A stretch of DNA of 42,891 bases, from the NCBI GenBank assembly GCA_037440005.1, contig JBBIUY010000026.1, positions 1 through 42,891 on the forward strand, read 5' to 3'. This DNA is from Armatimonadota bacterium. Its GTDB lineage: Bacteria > Sysuimicrobiota > Sysuimicrobiia > Sysuimicrobiales > Kaftiobacteriaceae. The translations under genes were made by a program, and so were the position numbers. Shown piece by piece: positions 1 to 9,172 of the stretch. The stretch's first letter is position 1, and each line of letters begins with the position of its first letter. The notes under the pieces were generated by a model. The model searched no databases and was not told the DNA's origin. It saw nothing but the letters and a program-made list of their open reading frames with translations.

Positions 1-21
1 CCGGCCGTCGGGCATCCTGCG

Positions 22-960
22 TTATGACATCTGCCCGTCGGAGACGGCGCTAGACGGGGGACGGGGGCCCTCGGTGGTTCGGGCCAGGAGGACTCCGGCC
101 AGGACCGCGGCTGCCCCCACCGCCTGGCGCGGGTGCAGGGTCTCTCCCAGGCTCACCCACGCGGCCACCACGGTCACCACCGGGATCAGGATGGTGTACG
201 CCGCGGTGCGGGGACCCCCCAGGGCCTGCACCGACGCGTACCAGACCACGTATCCCACCCCCACCGCCAGCACCCCGGAGAAGCCCACGGCGGCCCAGGC
301 GCGCCAGGACAGCCGGGTCCAGGGCAGGGCCGCCAGTTCCGGGGCGGCCACCACGACCAGAGGGACCGTGCCCGCCGCCATGGTCAGCGCGGTGAGCTGC
401 AGCGGCGTCATCCACGTCAGCAGCGGACGGGCGGCCACCGTGTAGATGGCCCAGCATAAAGAGGCCGCCAAGGTGAGCAGGTCGCCGGTCAGCGTGGCCG
501 CCCCCTCACCCCCCCGGCCTCCCCAGCCCAGGAGCGTCGCCAGGCCGGCCAGGGCCAGCAGGATCCCGGCCCAGGTGCGGGGGCGCACCGGTTCGATTCG
601 CCACAGAGCCGACAGCGCCGCGACGAACAGGGGAACCGTGGCCAGGAGCAGGGAGGAGTGGCCCGCCGTGGTCCGGTCCAGGCCGAAGACAAAGGCGAGC
701 TGGTAGAGGGTGTGGCCGACCAGCCCCAAAGCCGCCAGACGCAGGGCCAGTCCGCCCCACAGGCGCGGGATCTGGCGCGCAGCCCACAGCCACCCCGCGA
801 CCAGGGCGGTCGCCGCCGACAGGCGCAGGGCGTTGAATGGCAGGGGCGGGATCTCCCCGAAGGCGGCCTTGACCACGGGGAAGTTGGTCCCCCATACCAC
901 CACCAGCGCCAGCATGGCCGCCTCGACGCGCCAGGCCGCCGGCGGTGAGGGCCTCCTCAT
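22..960 (-). CDS. DMT/EamA family transporter
   Basis: C-terminal part of ORF 22..3210, from ATG 960 (MRRPSPPAAWRVEAAMLALVVVWGTNFPVVK). About 10 TM helices with EamA duplication. ATGA overlap with the pdxA stop. Confidence 0.9.
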   Translation of the reverse strand: MRRPSPPAAWRVEAAMLALVVVWGTNFPVVKAAFGEIPPLPFNALRLSAATALVAGWLWAARQIPRLWGGLALRLAALGLVGHTLYQLAFVFGLDRTTAGHSSLLLATVPLFVAALSALWRIEPVRPRTWAGILLALAGLATLLGWGGRGGEGAATLTGDLLTLAASLCWAIYTVAARPLLTWMTPLQLTALTMAAGTVPLVVVAAPELAALPWTRLSWRAWAAVGFSGVLAVGVGYVVWYASVQALGGPRTAAYTILIPVVTVVAAWVSLGETLHPRQAVGAAAVLAGVLLARTTEGPRPPSSAVSDGQMS

Positions 961-1946
961 CGGTCCTGCGCCGTCCCGGCCCAGGCCATCTGGGTGGCGA
1001 GGGCGGCGGCCAGAAGGATGGCCGCCTTCATGCTGTCCGCCCGGGCCACCCCCCGCCCCGCGATGTCGAACGCGGTCCCGTGGTCCACCGAGGTCCGGAT
1101 GAAGGGCAGCCCCAACGTGACGCTCACCGCGCCGTAAAAGTCCACCGTCTTGGCGGCGATGTGGCCCTGGTCGTGGTAGAGGGCCAGCACGGCGTCGTAG
1201 CGGCCCTCCAGGGCCCGGGCGAAGACCGCATCGGCGGGCACCGGGCCCTCCACGTCCAGTCCCGCGTGGCGGGCCTCGGCGACGGCGGGCGCGATCTCCT
1301 CCTGGTCCTCCCGTCCGAGGGCGCCGCCCTCGCCGGCGTGCGGGTTGAGGGCGGCCACCGCCAGGCGGGGGCGGGCGATGCCCAGGGGGCGCAGGGCCGC
1401 GGCGATCCGGGGCAGCAGGGCAACGATGCGGTCCCGCCGCACCTGCTCGATCGCCTCCCGCAACGGCAGATGCCGGGTGAGGAAGAAGATCCGCAGGGTG
1501 CGGACCACGAACATGGTGAGCGGATCGGGAGAGCCGGTGAGGGCCCCCAGCATCTCGGTGTGGCCCGGGTACCGGTATCCGGCGCGCCACAGGGCTTCTT
1601 TGTGGATGGGCGCGGTGGCCAGCGCGTCGGCCCGCCCCGCCAGGATCTCCTGGACCGCCCGCTCGACGAACTGTCCGGCGGCCGCTCCGGCGGAGGCCTG
1701 CACCCGTCCCCAGCGCAGCCGGCGGTCCACGTTGGCGAGGTCCACCAGTTCCACCGCCCCGCCGCCCCCGAGGTCCAGGCGCACGCCGGTGACCTCCATC
1801 GCCCGTTCCAGCACCCAGGCGTCGCCGACGACGAGGGCGCGCACCGCCTCCCGCACCTGCGGGTCGGCCAGCGCGCGCACCACGATCTCGGGCCCGATGC
1901 CCGCCGGATCCCCCAGGGTGACGGCGACGACGGGAGGAGAACGCAC
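957..1946 (-). CDS. pdxA: 4-hydroxythreonine-4-phosphate / D-threonate-4-phosphate dehydrogenase (PdxA/PdxA2 family)
   Basis: Motifs TLGDPAGIGPEI, TAPIHK, GHTE, LNPHAGE, YHDQGHI, IRTSVDHGTAFDIAG. Confidence 0.93.
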   Translation of the reverse strand: MRSPPVVAVTLGDPAGIGPEIVVRALADPQVREAVRALVVGDAWVLERAMEVTGVRLDLGGGGAVELVDLANVDRRLRWGRVQASAGAAAGQFVERAVQEILAGRADALATAPIHKEALWRAGYRYPGHTEMLGALTGSPDPLTMFVVRTLRIFFLTRHLPLREAIEQVRRDRIVALLPRIAAALRPLGIARPRLAVAALNPHAGEGGALGREDQEEIAPAVAEARHAGLDVEGPVPADAVFARALEGRYDAVLALYHDQGHIAAKTVDFYGAVSVTLGLPFIRTSVDHGTAFDIAGRGVARADSMKAAILLAAALATQMAWAGTAQDR

Positions 1947-1948
1947 GG

Positions 1949-1958
1949 TACCATTCTA
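1949..1958. promoter_or_regulatory. Overlapping divergent -10 boxes: TAGAAT (minus, 1958-1953) and TACCAT (plus, 1949-1954)
   Basis: TAGAAT lies 6 nt before the pdxA GTG (leaderless geometry). TACCAT would start plus-strand transcription near 1961. Pattern match only. Confidence 0.4.
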
Positions 1959-1960
1959 AA

Positions 1961-2030
1961 AGGGAAAAGGGAAGAGGGAAGAGGGAACTGCTCCAACGCT
2001 CCAACGTTCCAACGCTCCAACGTTCCAACG
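1961..2030 (+). repeat. Bipartite tandem repeat: 4x AGGGAA(A/G/C) then 5x (C/T)TCCAACG
   Basis: Read directly: heptamers 1961-1988, octamers 1991-2030. The same module recurs twice at 39999-40171. Confidence 0.95.
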
Positions 2031-2046
2031 CCCACAGGGGGCGGCT

Positions 2047-2478
2047 GTGTCCGAGACGGAGGAGGTCGAGGTCTTCGGTCGGCGTTTCCTGGTGACCGTG
2101 ACCGGGCCGGATGCCGGCCGGCGGTTCTCGGCCACCATCTGGGAGCCGGCGGCGGGGCGGGCCCTCACCCGCACGCCGGTCCGCGGGCGCAGTCCCGCCG
2201 AGGTGCGGGAGAAGGTGGCGGAGGTCCTGCACACCCTGCTGGGGATCGACCGGGTGCAGGAGCAGATCCTGGCCGTGGCCGCCGAGCTGGCGCCGGGCGC
2301 CTCGGTGGACCTGATCGAGGACGCCCGGGCGGTCCGGGCGACGCTGTCCGGCGGATGGGAGCTGGCGGTGCCGCTGGCCCTGCCCCGGGAGGACGTCACC
2401 GACCCGCACGCCGACATCGCCGCCCTGCGGCAGCGAATCATCACCCACTTCCGCGCCCACCTGCGCCGCGCGGGCTGA
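2047..2478 (+). CDS. Hypothetical protein
   Basis: 143-aa ORF with normal codon usage filling the gap before codA. No recognisable motif. Confidence 0.7.
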   Translation: MSETEEVEVFGRRFLVTVTGPDAGRRFSATIWEPAAGRALTRTPVRGRSPAEVREKVAEVLHTLLGIDRVQEQILAVAAELAPGASVDLIEDARAVRATLSGGWELAVPLALPREDVTDPHADIAALRQRIITHFRAHLRRAG

Positions 2479-2559
2479 CGGGCCGCATTCCCGGAGGTGC
2501 GGCAGGAAGCCCGCGGGCCCCGCCGAACTTTCCGGAAGACTTCCGGGCGGGCCGTCTCC

Positions 2560-3828
2560 ATGGACCTGATCATTCGCCGGGCCGCCATCCAGGGCAGGGA
2601 CGGGCTGCACGACATCGGGGTGCGGGGGGAACGCATCGCCGCCATCGCTCCTCGGGTGGACGCCCGCGCCCCGACGGAGCTGGACGCCGGAGGCAACCTG
2701 GTCACCCCGGCGCTGGTGGAGACCCACATCCATCTGGATGCGGCCCTCACCGTGGGTCAGCCGCGCCACAACCGCACCGGATCTCTGTTTGAGGGGATCG
2801 AGATCTGGGCCGAGCGGGTGCGGACCCTGACCGAAGACGACGTGACGCGCCGCGCCACCACCGCCCTGAAGTGGATGCTGGCCCACGGCGTCACCCACGT
2901 GCGTACCCACGTGGACGTCTGCGACCCCCGTCTCACAGCCCTGCGGGCTCTGCTCCGCCTGCGGGACGAGGTGCGGGACGTGATCCGGCTGCAGGTGGTC
3001 GCCTTTCCCCAGCAGGGAATCTACTCGTTTCCCGACGGCGAGCGATTGATGCGGCAGGCCCTGGATCTGGGCGCCGACGTGGTGGGAGGGATTCCCCACT
3101 ACGAGTGGACCCGGGAGTACGGCGAGCGCGACGTGCGAATCGTCCTGCAGCTGGCGGCCGAGTACGGCCGGCCGGCGGACCTGCACTGCGACGAGACCGA
3201 CGACGACCACAGCCGGTTCCTAGAGCTGGTGGCTGCGGAGACCATCCGCCTGGGCCTGCAGGGACGGGTGACCGCCAGCCACACGACAGCCATGCACTCG
3301 TACAACAACGCCTACGCCTACCGCCTCATCCGGTGGATGCGCCATGCGGGAGTCCACATCGTCACCAACCCCCTGGACAACTCCGTCCTGCAGGGACGAT
3401 TTGACAGTTATCCGATCCGGCGGGGGTTCACCCGGGTGCGGGAGCTGCTGGCCAACGGGATCAACGTGTGCATCGGCCACGACTCCATCATGGACCCGTG
3501 GTATCCCCTGGGCGTGGGCGATCCCCTGCAGGCCTGCTTTGTCATGGTGCACTACGGGCAGCTGTCCGGCCGGGACGAGCTGGAGACGCTTCTGGACCTG
3601 GTGACCACCCGCGCCGCCGCCTGCGTCGGGGCGGTGGACTACGGGCTGGCCGAGGGATGCGTGGCCGACCTCGTCGTCTTCGACGCTCCCACGGCCGTGG
3701 ACGCGATCCGGACCCTGGCCGCCCGGCGGTGGGTCATCTCCCGGGGGCGGGTGGTGGCCGAGACCCAACCGGCCCGCTCCACGGTGCGCTGGGCCGGCGA
3801 GGACGAGCCAGTGCGATTCTTCCCGTGA
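2560..3828 (+). CDS. codA: Cytosine deaminase (amidohydrolase family), Ser at the C5-discriminating position
   Basis: HIHLD, RTHVD, GGIPH, HCDETDD, ASHTTAMHSY, GHDSIMDPWYPLG motifs. Start taken at ATG 2560. Confidence 0.92.
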   Translation: MDLIIRRAAIQGRDGLHDIGVRGERIAAIAPRVDARAPTELDAGGNLVTPALVETHIHLDAALTVGQPRHNRTGSLFEGIEIWAERVRTLTEDDVTRRATTALKWMLAHGVTHVRTHVDVCDPRLTALRALLRLRDEVRDVIRLQVVAFPQQGIYSFPDGERLMRQALDLGADVVGGIPHYEWTREYGERDVRIVLQLAAEYGRPADLHCDETDDDHSRFLELVAAETIRLGLQGRVTASHTTAMHSYNNAYAYRLIRWMRHAGVHIVTNPLDNSVLQGRFDSYPIRRGFTRVRELLANGINVCIGHDSIMDPWYPLGVGDPLQACFVMVHYGQLSGRDELETLLDLVTTRAAACVGAVDYGLAEGCVADLVVFDAPTAVDAIRTLAARRWVISRGRVVAETQPARSTVRWAGEDEPVRFFP

Positions 3829-4646
3829 CCGCCCGCGCCTCCGTCCGCCCTGGCCTGCCGGCCGCCGGCCGCCCGCGGCGCTCTGCGGTCTCCGACCTCG
3901 CGTCGTGGACCGTGTTCGCGGCGGTCGTCCTGGCGGCGTGGGAGGTCGGGGCGCGCCTGTACGGCCAGCCGTACCTGCTGCCGGCGCCTTCCCAGATCCT
4001 GGCGGCGCTGCGGGGAGACGCCCCGCTGGTGCTGGCCTACGCCCGGGTGACGGCCCAGGAGACGGTGCTGGGGTTTGCGGCGGGCTCAGCCCTGGCGCTG
4101 CTGGGGGCCATGCTGTTCGTGTGGCTGCCCCGGCCGGTGGAGGAGTTCCTGTATCGCATCGTGGTGACCCTCAACAGCACTCCCTTTGTCGCCCTGGCGT
4201 CCCTGGTGGTGGTGTGGTTCGGGCTGGGGATCACCAGCAAGGTGATGATCGCCGGCCTGTACACCTTCTTTGCCGTCCTGTACCACACCCACAAGGAGTT
4301 CATCTCCATCGACCCCATGCGCGAGTACCTGATGGACGTCTACAACGCCTCCTGGTGGCAGCGGATGCTGCTGCTGAAGCTGCCCTCATCCCTGCCCATC
4401 GTCTTCACCAGCCTCAAGGGCGGCGTCATGGCGGCGGTGAACGGCGCCATCGTGGGCGAACTGTTCGGGGCGTTTGAGGGTTTGGGCTACATGATCTTGG
4501 ACTCGCGGTACGTGGGGAACACGGTGCGGGTGTTCCTGGCCGCCGTCTTCTGCACCCTGATCGGGTGGGTGCTGTTGGGGGCGGTCACGGTGGCCGAGCG
4601 GCTGCTGGTGCCCTGGCACGTGAGCATGGCCCGGGAGCGGACCTGA
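3825..4646 (+). CDS. NitT/TauT-family ABC transporter permease
   Basis: LLPAPSQI, AIVGELFG..GLGY motifs. GTGA overlap with the codA stop. Confidence 0.88.
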   Translation: MTARASVRPGLPAAGRPRRSAVSDLASWTVFAAVVLAAWEVGARLYGQPYLLPAPSQILAALRGDAPLVLAYARVTAQETVLGFAAGSALALLGAMLFVWLPRPVEEFLYRIVVTLNSTPFVALASLVVVWFGLGITSKVMIAGLYTFFAVLYHTHKEFISIDPMREYLMDVYNASWWQRMLLLKLPSSLPIVFTSLKGGVMAAVNGAIVGELFGAFEGLGYMILDSRYVGNTVRVFLAAVFCTLIGWVLLGAVTVAERLLVPWHVSMARERT

Positions 4647-4710
4647 GGTGCCGCGTCCGGCGGCGGGCCGGGGGTGGGCGGGAGATCAGAGACTCACGGG
4701 GAGGTGGAGC

Positions 4711-5694
4711 ATGGGCGGGGTGAGGTGGGCGGTGCTGGTGGCGGGTCTGGTCCTGGCGCTGGCGGCCGGGACCGGGGCGCAGGGACAGCCGGTCTCCATC
4801 ATCGAGGCGTGGTTCATCCACAACGAGTCCATGGGCGACCCGGTGGGCGTGGAGAAGGGCTTCTTCGGTTCCCTGCGGGTGCAGGTGATCGGCGGCGGGC
4901 CCGGCCTGTCGCCCATCGACCGGGTGATGGCCAAGGCCCGGGCGGGGGAGATCGTCTTCGGCGTGGACTACCCCTACAACATCCTGGAGGCCCGGGAGAA
5001 GCAGAGACTGCCGCTGGTGGTGGTGTCCCATGACTTCCAGAAGTCGGCCATCCACCTGCTGTCCTGGGTGCCCCTGCGGTCGGTGCGGGACGTGCGCGGG
5101 ACGGTGGCCACCTGGATCGGCTACGACAAGCAGATCAAGGCCATGATCGGCCGCGGGTGGGAGAAGCAGATCCGCATCGTCAACCAGCAGGGCGACCCGG
5201 CCACCATCGGCGCCTGGATGCGCAAGCAGTATCAGTTCGCCCACGCCATGGGGTACAACGAGGTCCTGGTGGCCCGCCGGCTGGTGAAGGAAAAGTACTA
5301 CGTGTACTCCTACGCCGACGACTTCGGCATGAAGTGGCCGGAGAACGTGGTGTTCACCACCGAGGAGATCGTGCGGCGGTATCCCCAGATCGTCCAGCAG
5401 TTTGTCACCGGGCACTACCGGGGATTCCGGTACGCCCTGGCGAACCGCCAGGAAGCCGCGGACATCCTCCTGAAGTACAACAAGAACCTTGACCGCGCCC
5501 ACGAGATCGAGGGGATGGAGTTTCTCCAGTCCATCATCGTGACGCCGGCCACCCGCCAGCGGGGGTTGGGGTACGTGGACCCGGCGGCGTGGGACCAGCT
5601 GGCCAGGGATCTCGTGAACGCCGGCATCTTCACCACCATGCCCAACGTGAAGGCGGCCTACACCACCCGGTTCCCCAGCGGCGTCATGCCGTGA
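4711..5694 (+). CDS. ABC transporter substrate-binding protein (NMT1/THI5-like)
   Basis: Signal peptide, EKGFF and GGGPGLSP motifs. GGAGG RBS before ATG 4711. Lies between the permease and the ATPase. Confidence 0.82.
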   Translation: MGGVRWAVLVAGLVLALAAGTGAQGQPVSIIEAWFIHNESMGDPVGVEKGFFGSLRVQVIGGGPGLSPIDRVMAKARAGEIVFGVDYPYNILEAREKQRLPLVVVSHDFQKSAIHLLSWVPLRSVRDVRGTVATWIGYDKQIKAMIGRGWEKQIRIVNQQGDPATIGAWMRKQYQFAHAMGYNEVLVARRLVKEKYYVYSYADDFGMKWPENVVFTTEEIVRRYPQIVQQFVTGHYRGFRYALANRQEAADILLKYNKNLDRAHEIEGMEFLQSIIVTPATRQRGLGYVDPAAWDQLARDLVNAGIFTTMPNVKAAYTTRFPSGVMP

Positions 5695-5739
5695 CGTTCC
5701 CGTGGGGAGGCCGGCGTCCCCGGCCTCCCCTCCGACCCC

Positions 5740-6567
5740 ATGGCGCCGATCCTGCGGATGGTCCAGGTGAGCAAGACCTACGAGGTGGCCCGCTCCCGGC
5801 GCGGCACCCCCCGGGCGCTGGACGCGGTGGTCAACGTCAGCCTGGAGGTCCAGCCCGGGGAGTTCGTGGCCGTGATCGGTCCGTCGGGGTGCGGCAAGAC
5901 CACGGTGCTGTTCCTGCTGGCTGGACTGCGCCCACCGACCGCGGGGACCATCGAGGTGTGCGGGCGGCCGCCCCGGCAAGCGGTCCGCGCCGGGCTGTGC
6001 TCGGTGATCTTCCAGTCCCCCGTGCTGTTCGAGTGGCTGTCGGTGGAGGAGAACGTGCTGCTGCCCGTGCGCCTGCGGGACCGGCGGTGGTGGCTGTGGC
6101 CGTGGGCGCGGCGCCTGTACCGGGCCCAGGTGGAGCGGCTCCTGCAGACCGTGCAGCTGGAGGAGTTCGCCCACTACCGCCCGGACGTCCTGTCGGGAGG
6201 GATGCAGCAGCGGGTGGCTCTGGCCCGGGCCCTGACCCTGGACCCGCAGGTTCTGCTGCTGGACGAACCGTTCGGGGCGCTGGACGAGATCACCCGGGAC
6301 CGGATGAACCTGGAACTGCTGCACCTGGTGGAGCAGCGGCGGTTGAGCGTGATCTTCGTGACCCACTCCATCGAGGAGGCGGTGTTCCTCGCCGACCGGG
6401 TGGTGGTGATGGGCCGCGGCGCCTCGGCGCGCACCGGCAGCAGCATCGTGGGGGAGGTGGAGGTCGACCTGCCCCGTCCCCGTACCCTGGCCCTCAAGGA
6501 AGACCCGGAGTTCTTCCAGAAGGTGCGCGAGGGGCGGGCGGCCCTCCGGGAGGCGCAGCAGGCATGA
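5740..6567 (+). CDS. NitT/TauT-family ABC transporter ATP-binding protein
   Basis: Walker A GPSGCGKT, signature LSGGMQQR, LLLDEPFGALD, VTH. Confidence 0.95.
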   Translation: MAPILRMVQVSKTYEVARSRRGTPRALDAVVNVSLEVQPGEFVAVIGPSGCGKTTVLFLLAGLRPPTAGTIEVCGRPPRQAVRAGLCSVIFQSPVLFEWLSVEENVLLPVRLRDRRWWLWPWARRLYRAQVERLLQTVQLEEFAHYRPDVLSGGMQQRVALARALTLDPQVLLLDEPFGALDEITRDRMNLELLHLVEQRRLSVIFVTHSIEEAVFLADRVVVMGRGASARTGSSIVGEVEVDLPRPRTLALKEDPEFFQKVREGRAALREAQQA

Positions 6568-7064
6568 CGGAGGCGGGCGAGGGGGCTGCGGCCCTCGAGC
6601 AGTGGCTGGCGGCGTGGCGCCAGACCCGGCGGCTGACCTATGACCTGCTGCGGGTCCTGCCCTACGCGGTGATGAACTTCTCCCCCCACCCCGACTTCGG
6701 CACCCTCGTCCGCCAGATCCGCCACTGCGCAGACGTCCAGGCCTGCTACCTGGAGGCGCTGCGCACCGGGACGATGGACCTCTCGACCCGGCCGCGGCGG
6801 CGGGAACTGGAGCAGTCCAAAGAGCACCTGGAAGCCTACCTGCGCCACCTGGACGGGGAGCTGGAGGACGCGGTGCGGGGCCTGGGCTCCCAGGTCCTCA
6901 CCCGGATCATCGGGTGGGGGCCCGGCGGGCACCTGACGGTCCTGCAGCACCTGATGGCCTTGCTGCAGCACGAGACCCTCCACCAGGGCATGTGGGCGTT
7001 TTACGCCCGAATCGCCGAGCTGCCTTTGCCCCAGAGCTGGCGGGAGACGTGGGGCCTGGAGTGA
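6564..7064 (+). CDS. DinB family protein
   Basis: ATGA overlap with the ATPase stop. RH..D and HETLHQG His motifs typical of DinB/YfiT helical bundles. Confidence 0.8.
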   Translation: MTEAGEGAAALEQWLAAWRQTRRLTYDLLRVLPYAVMNFSPHPDFGTLVRQIRHCADVQACYLEALRTGTMDLSTRPRRRELEQSKEHLEAYLRHLDGELEDAVRGLGSQVLTRIIGWGPGGHLTVLQHLMALLQHETLHQGMWAFYARIAELPLPQSWRETWGLE

Positions 7065-7084
7065 TTCCCCCCCCACCCAGCCCC

Positions 7085-7129
7085 TTGACATTCGCTTGCT
7101 GGAGTGCGAAAGTATCAGTGGTCTGACCA
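7085..7129 (+). promoter_or_regulatory. Promoter -35 (TTGACA) and FadR-family operator TGGTCTGACCA
   Basis: TTGACA at 7085-7090. Palindrome TGGTC-T-GACCA at 7119-7129 matches the TGGT-N3-ACCA operator type of FadR-subfamily regulators and sits directly upstream of such a gene. Confidence 0.75.
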
Positions 7130-7180
7130 ATGGACCATTCCTCAGTTAGAGGATCAACAATTTCTCCCCCCTCCCCGGAC

Positions 7181-7897
7181 GTGGCGGAGAACCTGGAGCC
7201 CGTCCGGCGCACCCGTATATATGAGGAAGTCGTCTCCCAGATCCAGCGGCTGATCCTGGAGGGGCGCCTGCGCCCCGGCGACCGGCTTCCTCCCGAACGG
7301 GAGCTGGCCGAGCGGTTCGGCGTCAGCCGCACCTCCGTCCGGGACGCCATCCGGGTCCTGGAACTGATGGGTCTGGTCGAGCCCCGCCAGGGAGAGGGGA
7401 CCGTGGTGCGCGACCTCAGCCCCGACTCCCTGGTGCATCCCCTCGCATCGCTGCTGGTCCGCAACCGGGGGCTGCTGGCCGACCTGCTGGACGTGCGCAA
7501 GATGATCGAGCCCCACCTGGCCGCCCGGGCCGCCCGGCACGCCAGCCCCGACGACGTGGCCCGGATGGAGGCCATCCTGGCGCGCCAGGAATCCCGGGTC
7601 CGGATGGGCCAGCTGGCCATCGAGGAGGACTCGCAGTTTCACGAGGCCATCGCCACCGCCGCCCGCAATCGGGTGATCCTGCGGATCCTGGACGTGCTGA
7701 TGGACCTGCTGCGCACCAGCCGGGAGCAGTCGCTGCAGGTCCCCGGGCGGCTGCAGCGGTCGCTGGACGGCCACCGTCGGATCCTGGAGGCCATCCGCCG
7801 GCGCGATCCCGAGGCCGCCGAGGCGGCCATGCGTCGGCACCTGGAGGAGATCGAGCACGTGCTGCTGGGCAGTGACGACCACCGGACGGGAGGGTAG
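7181..7897 (+). CDS. FadR/GntR family transcriptional regulator (PdhR/LldR-like)
   Basis: LRPGDRLPPERELAERFGVSRTSVRDA wHTH followed by an FCD domain (D..FH, N, H). Start at GTG 7181 is uncertain. Confidence 0.93.
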   Translation: MAENLEPVRRTRIYEEVVSQIQRLILEGRLRPGDRLPPERELAERFGVSRTSVRDAIRVLELMGLVEPRQGEGTVVRDLSPDSLVHPLASLLVRNRGLLADLLDVRKMIEPHLAARAARHASPDDVARMEAILARQESRVRMGQLAIEEDSQFHEAIATAARNRVILRILDVLMDLLRTSREQSLQVPGRLQRSLDGHRRILEAIRRRDPEAAEAAMRRHLEEIEHVLLGSDDHRTGG

Positions 7898-7900
7898 ACC

Positions 7901-9139
7901 GTGGGCCGCCTCTTTGCCGTCGAGATCGTCTACCGGGGGATCTTCCAGAAGAACCTGGCCAAGAACATCAGCCGGGGCATCGTGCTGGCCGCCCGGCATG
8001 CCGGCAAGACCGGCATCTCCTTCGGCCGGTACGGGGATAGCCCCGAGCGCAACGGCATCCCGGCCAAGAACTTCGCCATCGTCGCCACCGACGCCGAGAC
8101 CCTCCAGGAGGGCATGGCCAAGTACGAGCCCCGGGAGGTGGACATCACCATCGCGGTGGACGACACCCTGTGCAAGGGGGTGGAGTCCTGGGCCTGGTAC
8201 GGGCTGCAGCCCATCAACCGGCTGCTCAAGCCCGGGGGCACGCTGATCGTGACGACCATGCACGGCTTCGACACGATCATCTCCATGTGCCACCGCAAGG
8301 ACTACCCCTACCAGCTGGCCCTGCTGCGGGGCATCCCCAGCTTCTCGGGGCTGTGGGTCTACAAGGACGACCACACCGACGTGCGGGTCCTGGGGGCCAT
8401 CGCCCGGGTGCTGCCCGACCTGTTCGACCTGGAGGCGGTGGAGAAGGCCATCCGGGAGGAGTGGAACGACGAGCTGAAGGTGGCGTCGGCCCGCAAGGCC
8501 GCCGAGCGCCTGCAGACCCGGGTGGTCCTGCCCACCGAGGGCAATCCGGAGACGCCCTACGCGTTCGAGCTGCCCAAGTGGTACGAGCTGCGGGAGGGGC
8601 TGGCCATCCCGGGCATCCCGGCGGGGCAGGCCGTGGCCGACCCGGTGACGGGCCAGGTGGGCGGCTTCCGGCCGGCCCGCAACCCCACCTTCAAGAAGTT
8701 CGCCACCCGCACCATGCGGCCGGTGGTGGACTTCGACAAGTGCGTCAAGTGCACCCTGTGCTGGCTGCAGTGCCCCGACTCCTGCTTTGACGTGACCCCG
8801 GACGGCTACTACGACGCCCACATGGAGGCCTGCTGCGGGTGCGGGGTGTGCGAGGCCGTCTGCCCGGTGGAGAATTGCATCACCATGGTCAACGAGACCG
8901 CCTTCACCGACAACCGCAGCCAGTGGGAGATGTGGAAGCAGGACAAGGACGCCTACCGGGCGTGGCTGCAGGAGAAGATCGCCCACCGGCCGCCGCGCCA
9001 GCACGGCTTCCGGATCCGCGGCCAGTACGGGGAGGAGATCCAGCAGCTGGTGGCCGCCGGGGTGGTGGACCGGTCGCTGGGGGAGCGGCTGGCGGAGGAC
9101 GTGGTGGCCGAGCCCGGCGAGGCCAGTGCCGGAGGATAA
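7901..9139 (+). CDS. 2-oxoacid:ferredoxin oxidoreductase gamma/delta fusion subunit (oxalate oxidoreductase delta-like)
   Basis: N-terminal gamma domain (YGDSPERNG) fused to a 2x[4Fe-4S] domain (CVKCTLCWLQCP, CCGCGVCEAVCP). Confidence 0.88.
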   Translation: MGRLFAVEIVYRGIFQKNLAKNISRGIVLAARHAGKTGISFGRYGDSPERNGIPAKNFAIVATDAETLQEGMAKYEPREVDITIAVDDTLCKGVESWAWYGLQPINRLLKPGGTLIVTTMHGFDTIISMCHRKDYPYQLALLRGIPSFSGLWVYKDDHTDVRVLGAIARVLPDLFDLEAVEKAIREEWNDELKVASARKAAERLQTRVVLPTEGNPETPYAFELPKWYELREGLAIPGIPAGQAVADPVTGQVGGFRPARNPTFKKFATRTMRPVVDFDKCVKCTLCWLQCPDSCFDVTPDGYYDAHMEACCGCGVCEAVCPVENCITMVNETAFTDNRSQWEMWKQDKDAYRAWLQEKIAHRPPRQHGFRIRGQYGEEIQQLVAAGVVDRSLGERLAEDVVAEPGEASAGG

Positions 9140-9172
9140 CTGCGCGGGCGCGTACGCCGACGGGAGGACGCC

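Noticed and set aside
22..3210. 1062-aa minus-strand ORF
   Set aside because: Only the last 312 codons (EamA) are real. The rest is an off-frame read of pdxA and antisense to codA, typical of high-GC DNA.
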